This document shows, piece after piece, positions 10,569 to 19,074 of a stretch of DNA of 45,973 bases. The stretch spans positions 1-45,973 of the forward strand of contig UYFQ01000654.1 in NCBI GenBank assembly GCA_900617105.1, given 5' to 3'. The notes below the pieces were generated by a model. It saw nothing but the letters and a program-made list of their open reading frames with translations. It was not told where the DNA came from and did no database searches. Position 1 is the stretch's first letter. Every line of letters starts with the position of its first letter. Both the position numbers and the translations under genes were made by a program. The DNA is from Hydrurus foetidus (lineage: Eukaryota).

Positions 10569-10907
10569 TGTTGGAGATATCTGAGTTTATGGCACGAACA
10601 CAATCAGTGTACTTATGCTTTCGTACGGACGTACGGATTATTATGTGTGTGTGTGTGTGTGTGCGTACATGCGTGAAGACGATGGATGGATCCGTGCATC
10701 GTCACTGAATACTTCAACAGTAGTGTATGAGTGAATGTTGTTGTTGCGTTGAAAGGGACTCGGGGACTTCAGCAGGGATGAAGCACAGTCAATTAACAAG
10801 TGATTACTGACTACACCAAGCTTATTTCACGAGTCTTGACCAAGCGATCCACGACACACGTACTGCGAGAGGCTGTACGCGGCGTCGAAACTCGAGATCC
10901 GTCAACA
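10569..10907 (+). repeat. Copia-2 5' LTR (339 bp)
   Basis: Differs from the 3' LTR by three TG units in a microsatellite and one C/A substitution (10773 vs 16048). Confidence 0.96.
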
Positions 10908-10917
10908 TAATTGACTG
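10908..10917 (+). other. Copia-2 non-tRNA primer-binding site, complementary to its own LTR
   Basis: TAATTGACTG abuts the 5' LTR; its reverse complement CAGTCAATTA is at 10786-10795 in the LTR. Confidence 0.75.
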
Positions 10918-10931
10918 GCTAGGCATTTTCC

Positions 10932-13900
10932 ATGCCTCCCAAACGCGCTGTAGAAGCCCTCAAGAGTGCAGAAGAGTGCATTCTCCAACACGGCAAACAC
11001 GGCAACGTCATCAAGTGGAGAGAACATATGCAGACGATCGTCACAGAACTGTACGGAATCGTGGGGATGTTCTTCACCACTGGCGTGAGATACGAACTTC
11101 CGAAGTTATCATACGAGGATTATCCCTCAGATTCTTCTTCGGAAAGTTCAGATGAGTCCGACGATGAGGAACCGGGCGTCAACGGTCCGCTAGACCAGGT
11201 GCGAACTGCAGCAGCAGCCGCCGCTAAAGCCGCACGCGCTGCGGTGCGACTGGCGAAATCAGAAAGGCAACGCAAAGCCACACAGAAATCTCGTGCGAAA
11301 TTCAGAGAGAATGAGTACATTCAGAGGAGGAAAGATTTGAAGACGCAACACGAGAACGAACGTACGGTCTTCCCCATGATGTGGAAGCGTATGTCGCTCA
11401 TATCCCAGAGCAGAGTAAGGGAGGAAGAGGAGTACAGGACGGCGTATCTCACCCTAGACTGCGTCCTGTTATGGACACTGATCGAGCGAACCCACCTCAC
11501 GCACATGTACGGTGCAGACGAGGCACTGGTAGAGTACAATCAGCACCAACAGGAGATGAAATACGCGTCTATGAGACAAGGTGAGAGAGAGCACTTAGTA
11601 ACCTTCAAGAATCGCTTTGACGAACAGGTGACGGCGAACCTCGCTGTGGGGATCGCAGCCGTATCGGAATCGAAGCGGGCACTCGACTTCCTCGGCAAAC
11701 TCGATCCCCGCAGGTTCGGGGTCATGATGGGCGATATGAAGCATGACGCACTAAGGCGTAAACCGGATGCGTTCCCAAATACACTCGCCTCAGCCTTCCA
11801 CGTATCGAACCAATGGAACGAGGGAAGAGACCCCATACCAGCAGCCGCACCAGCACCCATCGGTGCGAACGCAGCGTACGTTACAGAAGGAGCACACGTT
11901 ACCGCCTCCAGTGACCCGGAGAAGAAAGCGGGGAAAGCAGGAGGGACCGGTAAGAAATCCTTAGCAGATGTCGAATGCTTCAAATGCGAATTGAAGGGAC
12001 ACTACGCAAGGAACTGTCCGCAACGGAAACCGTCAGTTGAGAAAGTCCACGTCACGACGACAGAGTCGGACTGTGAGTACGAGGGTGAGGTTAGTGAGTG
12101 GGGTATAGCACTGGTCGCAGCACAGGAGGTATGCTGCTTCACAAAGTACGATGTACTACTGGACAACGAAGCCTCGCTGAACATCTTCAGCAACAAGGAT
12201 TTACTCACCAACGTGCGAGTGACCGACAAGAAAGTGCGAGTAAGTGGGATCGAGCAGAGAGGAGGCGTTTCAGTCGATCAAGAAGGAAGCTTCGGGGAGT
12301 TCGGAACTGTTTACTACAGTGGAGCAGCGTCGGCCAACATCTTGTCATTTGCGTCACAAGTTGATTCGGGAGCTGCTATAAGATACGACTACCTTGATGA
12401 CTGCTTTACCCTGCGACCTAAGGGGAGCGAGAACGTGCATCGATTTGGAAGGAAGCATGTCGCAGGCAGCGAGGGTAGATTCTACTCTTGCGATTGGAGA
12501 GAATTCATGAACGATCGAGCCCTGGTGGCAACAGTTACTGAAAACCTCAGAGCATTCACGAAGCGTGAGGTGGAGCAGGCTAGGAGAGCCAGGGAGATGC
12601 TTGCTAGGATGGGGTTCCCGACAGTGGAGCAGGCGATGTCGATCATCAACAGTGGGAGCAACTTCGAGGTTAGCGCGAGAGATTTCCAGATCGCTGAAGC
12701 GATATGGGGGAAGGATATAGCTTCCCTGAAAGGGAAGACTACCAAGCGAGCGACTGCTGTCGCAGACATCACCGTGAGCACAAAAATACTGCAAAGAGAT
12801 CAGGTCCTATCGATCGACATTATGTATTTAGATAAATTAGCTATTCTAGTCGGGGTGGCTACTCCACTAGGTCTAACTATTGCATATAGTCTCAATACAG
12901 CAGATCTGAAGAAGCCAGCGAGGACAGCAGCTCAGGTGAAGCTTGGAATCAGCCATTTCCTTGGCGTCCTCGCCTCGCAAAACTTTAGAGCCTCCGTGAT
13001 CATGAGCGACGGAGAGAGCGCAGTGGTCAGCCTCGTCGACGAGTTAGGGAAACTTGGGGTGGAAGTGGACATCAGCGGCGCTGGCGGGCACGTGGCTAGG
13101 ATAGAAAGAAAAATCAGGCTTGTTAAGGAACGAGTACGATCTCATGTAGCGTACCATCTACCGTTCACATTGTCGACCGTGGGTATCGCCATGTGTGTAC
13201 TGTACTGTATATCCAGGCTGAACTACGAACCGGCCGGACCACGAGAATGGGGCCCCAGCCCCCGAGAGGCGTTTATCGGTAGGAAGCCTGATGGTAAGAG
13301 GGATTTTCGCTGTTCATTCGGAGACTACGCACAGTGTACCGTTACTAACACCGATTCAGGAATGGAGAGTCGAACCGAGGACTGTGTGGTGATGCTCCCC
13401 CTTGGTAATCGTACCGGGTCCGTCAGAATGCTATCGCTCAAAACAGGGCGCCTGGTCAACCGTGATCAGTTCCGAATACTCCCGATGCCGGAGTCGGTCA
13501 TCAAGCGACTGAACGATCTCGCACTGGCTGACGGTAGAGTCAAGGGTAAGGGGGAATTGTACACGAAACCGGCAACCTATGCCCAGGACGCAGGCGCAGT
13601 GAGTGACCTCCCGGACACCATAGAACCCAAAGTGAACGATGGAGTCGACCCTGCAGTCCTGCCACTTGATGACGTGAACGGGCCAGATCAGATGGACAAT
13701 GGTGAAGGCGTGCAGCACGGACATGGGGGTGAGTATGAGCAGAGCGACGGTGACGCAGTTAACGATATGGATCCACACAGTGGGGATGTAGACCAGCCTG
13801 GGGTTGCGGAGGATGGGGAGCATGAGCACGTGGACAGTGAGATGGACAGCCTAGTTGAGAACATGAGCCGCATGCGAGCGGGGCCACGCGACCACGAAGA

Positions 13901-15770
13901 GACATACGCAAGCGAGATCGACGCGAGCGGAGTGCCGGTGGACTATACAGCAGGGGACACGGGTGTGGAAGAGCAGCGGAATGCGAGGGATGCACTGGAT
14001 CACGCAGCGCGTCTACTGGATGTGCCACGGAACCCGATGGGGCACGGCGTCACCAGACACGAGTTGATGGACTTCTTCAGGATGAGAAGTGGCTCGGCAC
14101 TGCTTACACGGAACTACGATGGGAACGGTGCAGACTGGGGAGATCATGTGCTCAACATATCGGTCAATGAGGCGCTGCGAACGAGAGGCGATGCAGCAGT
14201 GGGTGTGATAGAGAAAGAGCTCAGGCAGATGATCGACAAGAAGGTTTGGGAGCCAGTCGACGTGAAGGGGCTGTCATGGGAGGAGAAAAAGAGGATCATC
14301 AGGTCTAGTATGTTTCTGAAGGAGAAGTTCCTTGCAAGCGGGGAGTTTGAGAAGTTGAAGGCAAGACTAGTCGCGGGAGGGGATCAACAGGATCGCGACC
14401 TGTACGACGACCTGTCCGCACCGACAGTAGCGACGAGCTCGGTCTTCACGTTGCTGAGCATAGCCGCACACGAGGGGAGGAGGATCGCGGTGATTGACAT
14501 CAGCGGGGCTTTTCTGAACGCAGACATGACCACGGGACTCTCAGTGCACATGCGACTGGATCGTAACATGTCAGGCATCATGGTGAGACTGTCGCCCCCA
14601 TATGCGCAATTCGTCGACCACAAGGGGTGTATCGTGGTGCGCCTTGACAAGGCACTGTACGGGTGCGTGGAGTCAGCCGCGCTGTGGTACGAGAACCTGA
14701 AAGTCGGACTGTCCGAAATGGGGTACGTACCGAACACACACGACACGTGTGTGTTCAACAAGCACAACGAGCACGGAGTACAATGCACTATCGCCGTGCA
14801 CGTGGATGACTTGATGGTGACGAGTATCGATGGGTCTATGATCGAGGCGGTTGCAACCGGTCTGATAAAAAGGTACGGCGACATTACCAGGAAGGATGGC
14901 CCCATAGTGAACTACCTAGGGATGGTTTTCGACCTTTCATTCACAGGTGTGGCACGCGTGTCGATGACGGGATACGTGGAAGACATGCTCAAAGAAAGCG
15001 GGACGAAGGGGGGTGCGAGATCACCAGCGACAGAGGGACTCTTCGACGTGAGGGAGAGTGCGGCGATGGCGAGCGAGGAAGAGCGCGTCCGATTCCACCG
15101 TCAAGTAGCGAAGGGACTGTACCTTGCTAAGCGTGCAAGACCAGACTGCCTAACCGCCGTGGCATTCCTTGCGACCCGGGTGACACGGTGCACAGAGGAT
15201 GACCTGGCGAAGCTAGAGCGACTGCTGAGGTACATCAATGCCACCAAGGACAGAGGGGTGGTGTTCGCACCTGGGGTGAAGGGGATAGAAGTGAGCGTGC
15301 TGATCGACGCGGCATACGGGGTGCACCCGGACGGGAGATCGCATACGGGGAGCTGTGTGGTGGTGGGGAGTAGGGGTGCGGTGCACTCAAAGTCAGCGAA
15401 GCAGCAGATTGTGACGAAGTCTAGTACGGAGGCGGAGCTGGTCGCATTGTCTGATTCTACTAACCAAGCCTTACACTTGAGACACTTTATCATAGGGCAA
15501 GGGTATGCGTGTGGACCCGTGACAGTGTACCAGGACAATATGTCGTGTATGTCACTCATAGAGAGAGGACGGTCAGCCGCAGAGAGGACAAGACACATCG
15601 CCATCAAGTACTTCTGGCTGAAGGAGCGTGTGGACCAGGGCGAGGCGAGAGTGCGACACCTGGGGACCAAGGACATGTACGCCAATCTGCTGACCAAGCC
15701 GTTGCAGGGAGCACAGTTCAAGTCGGAGAGACAGGGGCTTACCGGATGGGACCAAGAGATAGTAGTTTAG
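10932..15770 (+). CDS. gag-pol: Copia-2 Gag-Pol polyprotein (1612 aa)
   Basis: Zinc knuckle CFKCELKGHYARNC; protease VLLDNEAS; integrase SIDIMY / MSDGES / RIERKIR; RT KARLVAGG, KALYG, HVDD; RNase H LIDAAY, KSSTEAE, YQDNMS, ANLLTKPL. Confidence 0.97.
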   Translation: MPPKRAVEALKSAEECILQHGKHGNVIKWREHMQTIVTELYGIVGMFFTTGVRYELPKLSYEDYPSDSSSESSDESDDEEPGVNGPLDQVRTAAAAAAKAARAAVRLAKSERQRKATQKSRAKFRENEYIQRRKDLKTQHENERTVFPMMWKRMSLISQSRVREEEEYRTAYLTLDCVLLWTLIERTHLTHMYGADEALVEYNQHQQEMKYASMRQGEREHLVTFKNRFDEQVTANLAVGIAAVSESKRALDFLGKLDPRRFGVMMGDMKHDALRRKPDAFPNTLASAFHVSNQWNEGRDPIPAAAPAPIGANAAYVTEGAHVTASSDPEKKAGKAGGTGKKSLADVECFKCELKGHYARNCPQRKPSVEKVHVTTTESDCEYEGEVSEWGIALVAAQEVCCFTKYDVLLDNEASLNIFSNKDLLTNVRVTDKKVRVSGIEQRGGVSVDQEGSFGEFGTVYYSGAASANILSFASQVDSGAAIRYDYLDDCFTLRPKGSENVHRFGRKHVAGSEGRFYSCDWREFMNDRALVATVTENLRAFTKREVEQARRAREMLARMGFPTVEQAMSIINSGSNFEVSARDFQIAEAIWGKDIASLKGKTTKRATAVADITVSTKILQRDQVLSIDIMYLDKLAILVGVATPLGLTIAYSLNTADLKKPARTAAQVKLGISHFLGVLASQNFRASVIMSDGESAVVSLVDELGKLGVEVDISGAGGHVARIERKIRLVKERVRSHVAYHLPFTLSTVGIAMCVLYCISRLNYEPAGPREWGPSPREAFIGRKPDGKRDFRCSFGDYAQCTVTNTDSGMESRTEDCVVMLPLGNRTGSVRMLSLKTGRLVNRDQFRILPMPESVIKRLNDLALADGRVKGKGELYTKPATYAQDAGAVSDLPDTIEPKVNDGVDPAVLPLDDVNGPDQMDNGEGVQHGHGGEYEQSDGDAVNDMDPHSGDVDQPGVAEDGEHEHVDSEMDSLVENMSRMRAGPRDHEETYASEIDASGVPVDYTAGDTGVEEQRNARDALDHAARLLDVPRNPMGHGVTRHELMDFFRMRSGSALLTRNYDGNGADWGDHVLNISVNEALRTRGDAAVGVIEKELRQMIDKKVWEPVDVKGLSWEEKKRIIRSSMFLKEKFLASGEFEKLKARLVAGGDQQDRDLYDDLSAPTVATSSVFTLLSIAAHEGRRIAVIDISGAFLNADMTTGLSVHMRLDRNMSGIMVRLSPPYAQFVDHKGCIVVRLDKALYGCVESAALWYENLKVGLSEMGYVPNTHDTCVFNKHNEHGVQCTIAVHVDDLMVTSIDGSMIEAVATGLIKRYGDITRKDGPIVNYLGMVFDLSFTGVARVSMTGYVEDMLKESGTKGGARSPATEGLFDVRESAAMASEEERVRFHRQVAKGLYLAKRARPDCLTAVAFLATRVTRCTEDDLAKLERLLRYINATKDRGVVFAPGVKGIEVSVLIDAAYGVHPDGRSHTGSCVVVGSRGAVHSKSAKQQIVTKSSTEAELVALSDSTNQALHLRHFIIGQGYACGPVTVYQDNMSCMSLIERGRSAAERTRHIAIKYFWLKERVDQGEARVRHLGTKDMYANLLTKPLQGAQFKSERQGLTGWDQEIVV

Positions 15771-15827
15771 ACAGCGTTTAATTAAAGACATATGCGTGAT
15801 GCGTGAATAGAGTTGATTGTGATGTGG

Positions 15828-15837
15828 CATAGGGGTG
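15828..15837 (+). other. Copia-2 polypurine tract
   Basis: CATAGGGGTG directly precedes the 3' LTR. Confidence 0.85.
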
Positions 15838-16182
15838 TGTTGGAGATATCTGAGTTTATGGCACGAACACAATCAGTGTACTTATGCTTTCGTACGGACG
15901 TACGGATTATTATGTGTGTGTGTGTGTGTGTGTGTGTGCGTACATGCGTGAAGACGATGGATGGATCCGTGCATCGTCACTGAATACTTCAACAGTAGTG
16001 TATGAGTGAATGTTGTTGTTGCGTTGAAAGGGACTCGGGGACTTCAGAAGGGATGAAGCACAGTCAATTAACAAGTGATTACTGACTACACCAAGCTTAT
16101 TTCACGAGTCTTGACCAAGCGATCCACGACACACGTACTGCGAGAGGCTGTACGCGGCGTCGAAACTCGAGATCCGTCAACA
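15838..16182 (+). repeat. Copia-2 3' LTR (345 bp)
   Basis: Direct repeat of 10569-10907, followed by TSD CCGGT. Confidence 0.96.
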
Positions 16183-16205
16183 CCGGTCAAAACTCAGAAC
16201 TAAAC

Positions 16206-17727
16206 CAAGGGGGTATAAAAGGAGAGGGGGCAGTACCAACCCAAAGTCCCACTCAAACTTTTCTCACCATAGTCTCACCCAACTCCCAACTACCCGAACA
16301 TTCTCACCATCATAAGAGCTGATATACAGACCAACTTTGGCAACATGCTACAAAGCAGCCAAGGACTGCGCGTCCTCGTCCATGAGCGTCCAGCGTTCGC
16401 CAAATCCCAGCGGTCCTTTTGATAGACGAATTTTGTCTGCATCTTCAGTTCGCGATTTTGCTCGTCCCCACTTCGGTAAGCTTCTCTCGACTAAGTTAGA
16501 AATTGAATGTCGATCGTCACCTTGGCAGACTTCGGGAATAGCTCAATACGTGCACAACAAAACGATTCCCAAAATCTGCCAAGGCACAGTTCAATACTCA
16601 CGAATTTATCGATTTCGACAAATTTGCCGTCTACTTGTGCCTAATTTTCTCTGCATTGCCGCAACAAATTCAACAGGCCAACGGATTTTTGATTTGAAAA
16701 CAATAAGATAATATCAAGAGGCACAGTAGTGAACCTCCGCCCGATTGCAGTCAAACTGTCTTCCGGGCATCGTTTGATAACTGAACATGAGAAACAAATT
16801 CATCCGTAATATCATAATCGAAATCCACCGCCGTCCTTCGAACCTACCAAGTCTATGAGCACTGGACTGAGCATCATGTCACTATTCTAATTGACCCAAT
16901 TTTTTTGAAGAATCTGATCACTCGAGGATTTGGCGCGGGCTCGGTGGCGCAGCTATAAAAGAAGCCTAATTTCGATAGATAGACTTTATTTAATTACGAT
17001 GCGTAGCATGCGCTGTAATTAAAGAGCATTGAGTTTTCATATCATTCGAATCGCTGGCTTGTGAATTTCATCGGAGAAGTGTAGTACGGGCCTGAAAAAA
17101 GATGATAAGCTGGGTATTCTTGCTGTAAATTTATTCGTGATTAAACAGGTTGAAGAAAAAAATCCGGCGCTCCCCAGCAAAATCCAAGAATTGCTGTCGA
17201 CTCCCACTGATAATTCAGAACTTGTCATGCCTGTCAGTTCTTTGGGAGACGATTTCTAGTCTAAATAGTGAGATCGTCGTTTTTAGTGAAAAATATGGTG
17301 CATATGAGATTGCAATTTTTCGACTCGTGGAGCTCGAGAAGGTAAATTTTCGACGCTCACTTAACCTACCAGCACAGAATGCTTGATGCAGGAGTGTCTG
17401 CCATCGGTTTGTCTTGAAGGATCTTCGATGACTGCGATCAACCGGCGAAATTTTTGGGAATTTATCAATTTTTTGCACAAAAATTAGAGGGTTGGCTCCG
17501 GCAGGAAAATCCCAGCAAATCCAAACTTCTCACTCTTGGAAGTACCTTCCTTTTGGGAGCGCTTGGGGTTCTGCCTGCTGGAATCCCTTCGACTGTTCTG
17601 TACTTCGTACTGTGCCACATGTGAGGGAGGGTAGTTCAGATTTTGTATTTTTGGGTGAGACTCTGGTGAGAAAAGCTTGAGTGGGACTTTGGGTTGGTAC
17701 TGCCCCCTCTCCTTTTATACCCCCTTG
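16206..17727. mobile_element. Non-autonomous DNA transposon, 1522 bp, ~77-bp TIRs, 7-bp TSD (P-element-like)
   Basis: TIR CAAGGGGGTATAAAAGGAGAGGGGGCAGTACCAACCC... at 16206-16282 versus its inverse at 17651-17727 (two mismatches); TSD ACTAAAC at 16199-16205 and 17728-17734; no recognisable transposase ORF. Confidence 0.9.
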
Positions 17728-17759
17728 ACTAAACGGTGCCTCAAACTTTTTTTGCGGTA

Positions 17760-17966
17760 TTGTGCCGGTCATATCTATACGACGACTTTTTTGGGGGAAT
17801 CTTTTTTTTGGCGGAACAATCCACGGATTTTCGATTTTTTTGACGGTTTTTGTTTCAAAACTGTAAAAATAATCTTCTTTTTGCCCCAAAATCCGGTTTT
17901 GGGGACTGTTCCGCAAAAAAAAACGTTTTTATTTGCGGCTCCGTCGTATAGTTATGACCGGCACAA
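17760..17966. mobile_element. MITE (207 bp) with TTGTGCCGGTCA TIRs and TA flanks
   Basis: TTGTGCCGGTCATATCTATACGACG versus CGTCGTATAGTTATGACCGGCACAA (one mismatch), TA on both sides. A related older left end starts at 10559 and is split by Copia-2. Confidence 0.8.
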
Positions 17967-18083
17967 TATATTCGTGTTTTTGACCGCAGAATCAAAGTAT
18001 CAGTTATTTTGACCTCTGTCAAAAACACGAAAAACCTCCCCCCAAATTAAATTCTCCCGTTTAGTTATATGTTATATATATTA

Positions 18084-18739
18084 CCGTCAAGCTACAATTC
18101 ACGGGAACGCTAAAAAGTTTCCCATGTATTTTTTTGCCATAAAATATGCGGAGAAAGGAAAATTTTCCCATAAAAAGGGGTAGTTTAGGGTAAATTTCGA
18201 ACCTTAGCATAAAATAATTATATGGGAAAACTTTTTAGCGTTCCCGTGAATTGTAGCCTCAAGTGCCTCTTTAATTATATCGAGATGGAAAAATGGAACA
18301 TACCCCCCTCTTTTTAAAACGCTGAGAAAATCCGAAAAAAAGGCGAAATTCTGACACGGAAAAAAAAGAAGCAAAAGACGGAAAATCTATCTCCACCAAT
18401 ATAGATTTTCATCAAAATCTTTTTTGCGATTCGGATTAAGCGCATTTTTTAAAGTAAGGTCGCTAATTTCAAAAATTTCCGGCATATTCATAGTTTGAAA
18501 TATTTTGGTTCCCGCGAGTCGAGAATGAGAAATTGTCATTTTTGACGACAAATTGTAGCTGAAGCAGCGCTCGGATAAGAATGCTCTCATATTGTTTCTT
18601 GCGCAGAATGTTCGGATATTAGTGTTGTTCCCTGAACTCGTTTCAACGATGTTAAGTGTGTCAGAAAAGGTTCCTTAAAATATGCATATTTGGCTATTTT
18701 TGGCCAAAACCGGAATACAATTAAAGAGGCACTTGACGG
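18084..18739. mobile_element. Non-autonomous Tc1/mariner-like element with TA TSD, left TIR interrupted
   Basis: Removing the 18090-18258 insert restores CCGTCAAGTGCCTCTTTAATT, the exact inverse of AATTAAAGAGGCACTTGACGG ending at 18739; TA flanks at 18082-18083 and 18740-18741. Confidence 0.82.
18090..18258. mobile_element. PIF/Harbinger-like MITE (169 bp), 3-bp TSD TCA
   Basis: ~35-bp TIR (A/G)GCTACAATTCACGGGAACGCTAAAAAGTTT...; TCA at 18087-18089 and 18259-18261. Confidence 0.82.
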
Positions 18740-19074
18740 TATACCCCCTTGCTGACAGATTCGATTACTGTATACAAACTGACACTGACTTTCCTCTCAG
18801 GTACGTACGCGAGTACAGTTCAGTACGTATATAGTTCGAGAGTTACGCAGTTTGAGTTTGTGTTGTCTTTCTTTACACTCCTCTCTCTCCTCATCCCTGC
18901 ACACTGCAGACGGTCATGCCGTTTGAAACAACACGACGAGAGGGCATAATTCGCCTGGCGCAGTAGATTTCCTGCTGCGAGATTGGCTGTCGTTGCTAAA
19001 GAACAATAATCACGACTCAAAAATATCTGAAAACAGTTTACTATGACCGCAGCGTCATCATTTCTACTTGGGTA

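Larger units (their letters stand above)
10569..16182 (+). mobile_element. Full-length Ty1/Copia LTR retrotransposon (Copia-2), CoDi-like
   Basis: LTRs at 10569-10907 and 15838-16182 (TGTTG...CAACA); 5-bp TSD CCGGT (10564-10568 and 16183-16187); single intact gag-pol ORF. Confidence 0.97.
10548..18751. mobile_element. Outer non-autonomous TIR element (P-like ends) hosting nested insertions
   Basis: Ends CAAGGGGGT (10548) and ACCCCCTTG (18751); 7-bp flanking repeat CTCACAG / CTGACAG with one mismatch; the same terminal 9 bp as the 16206-17727 element. Confidence 0.65.

Noticed and set aside
11120..15872. Antisense and alternate-frame ORFs over Copia-2, and likewise over Copia-1 and the host genes
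   Set aside because: Shadow ORFs of long coding regions with no recognisable domains.
17971..18031. 14-bp inverted repeat TTCGTGTTTTTGAC/GTCAAAAACACGAA as a separate MITE
   Set aside because: The repeat is real but has no clear TSD; probably internal to the outer element or a decayed end of the TTGTGCCGG family.
16337..18590. ORFs inside the TIR elements as transposase remnants
   Set aside because: Short, cross element boundaries, and show no DDE, THAP or HTH motifs that I can recognise.
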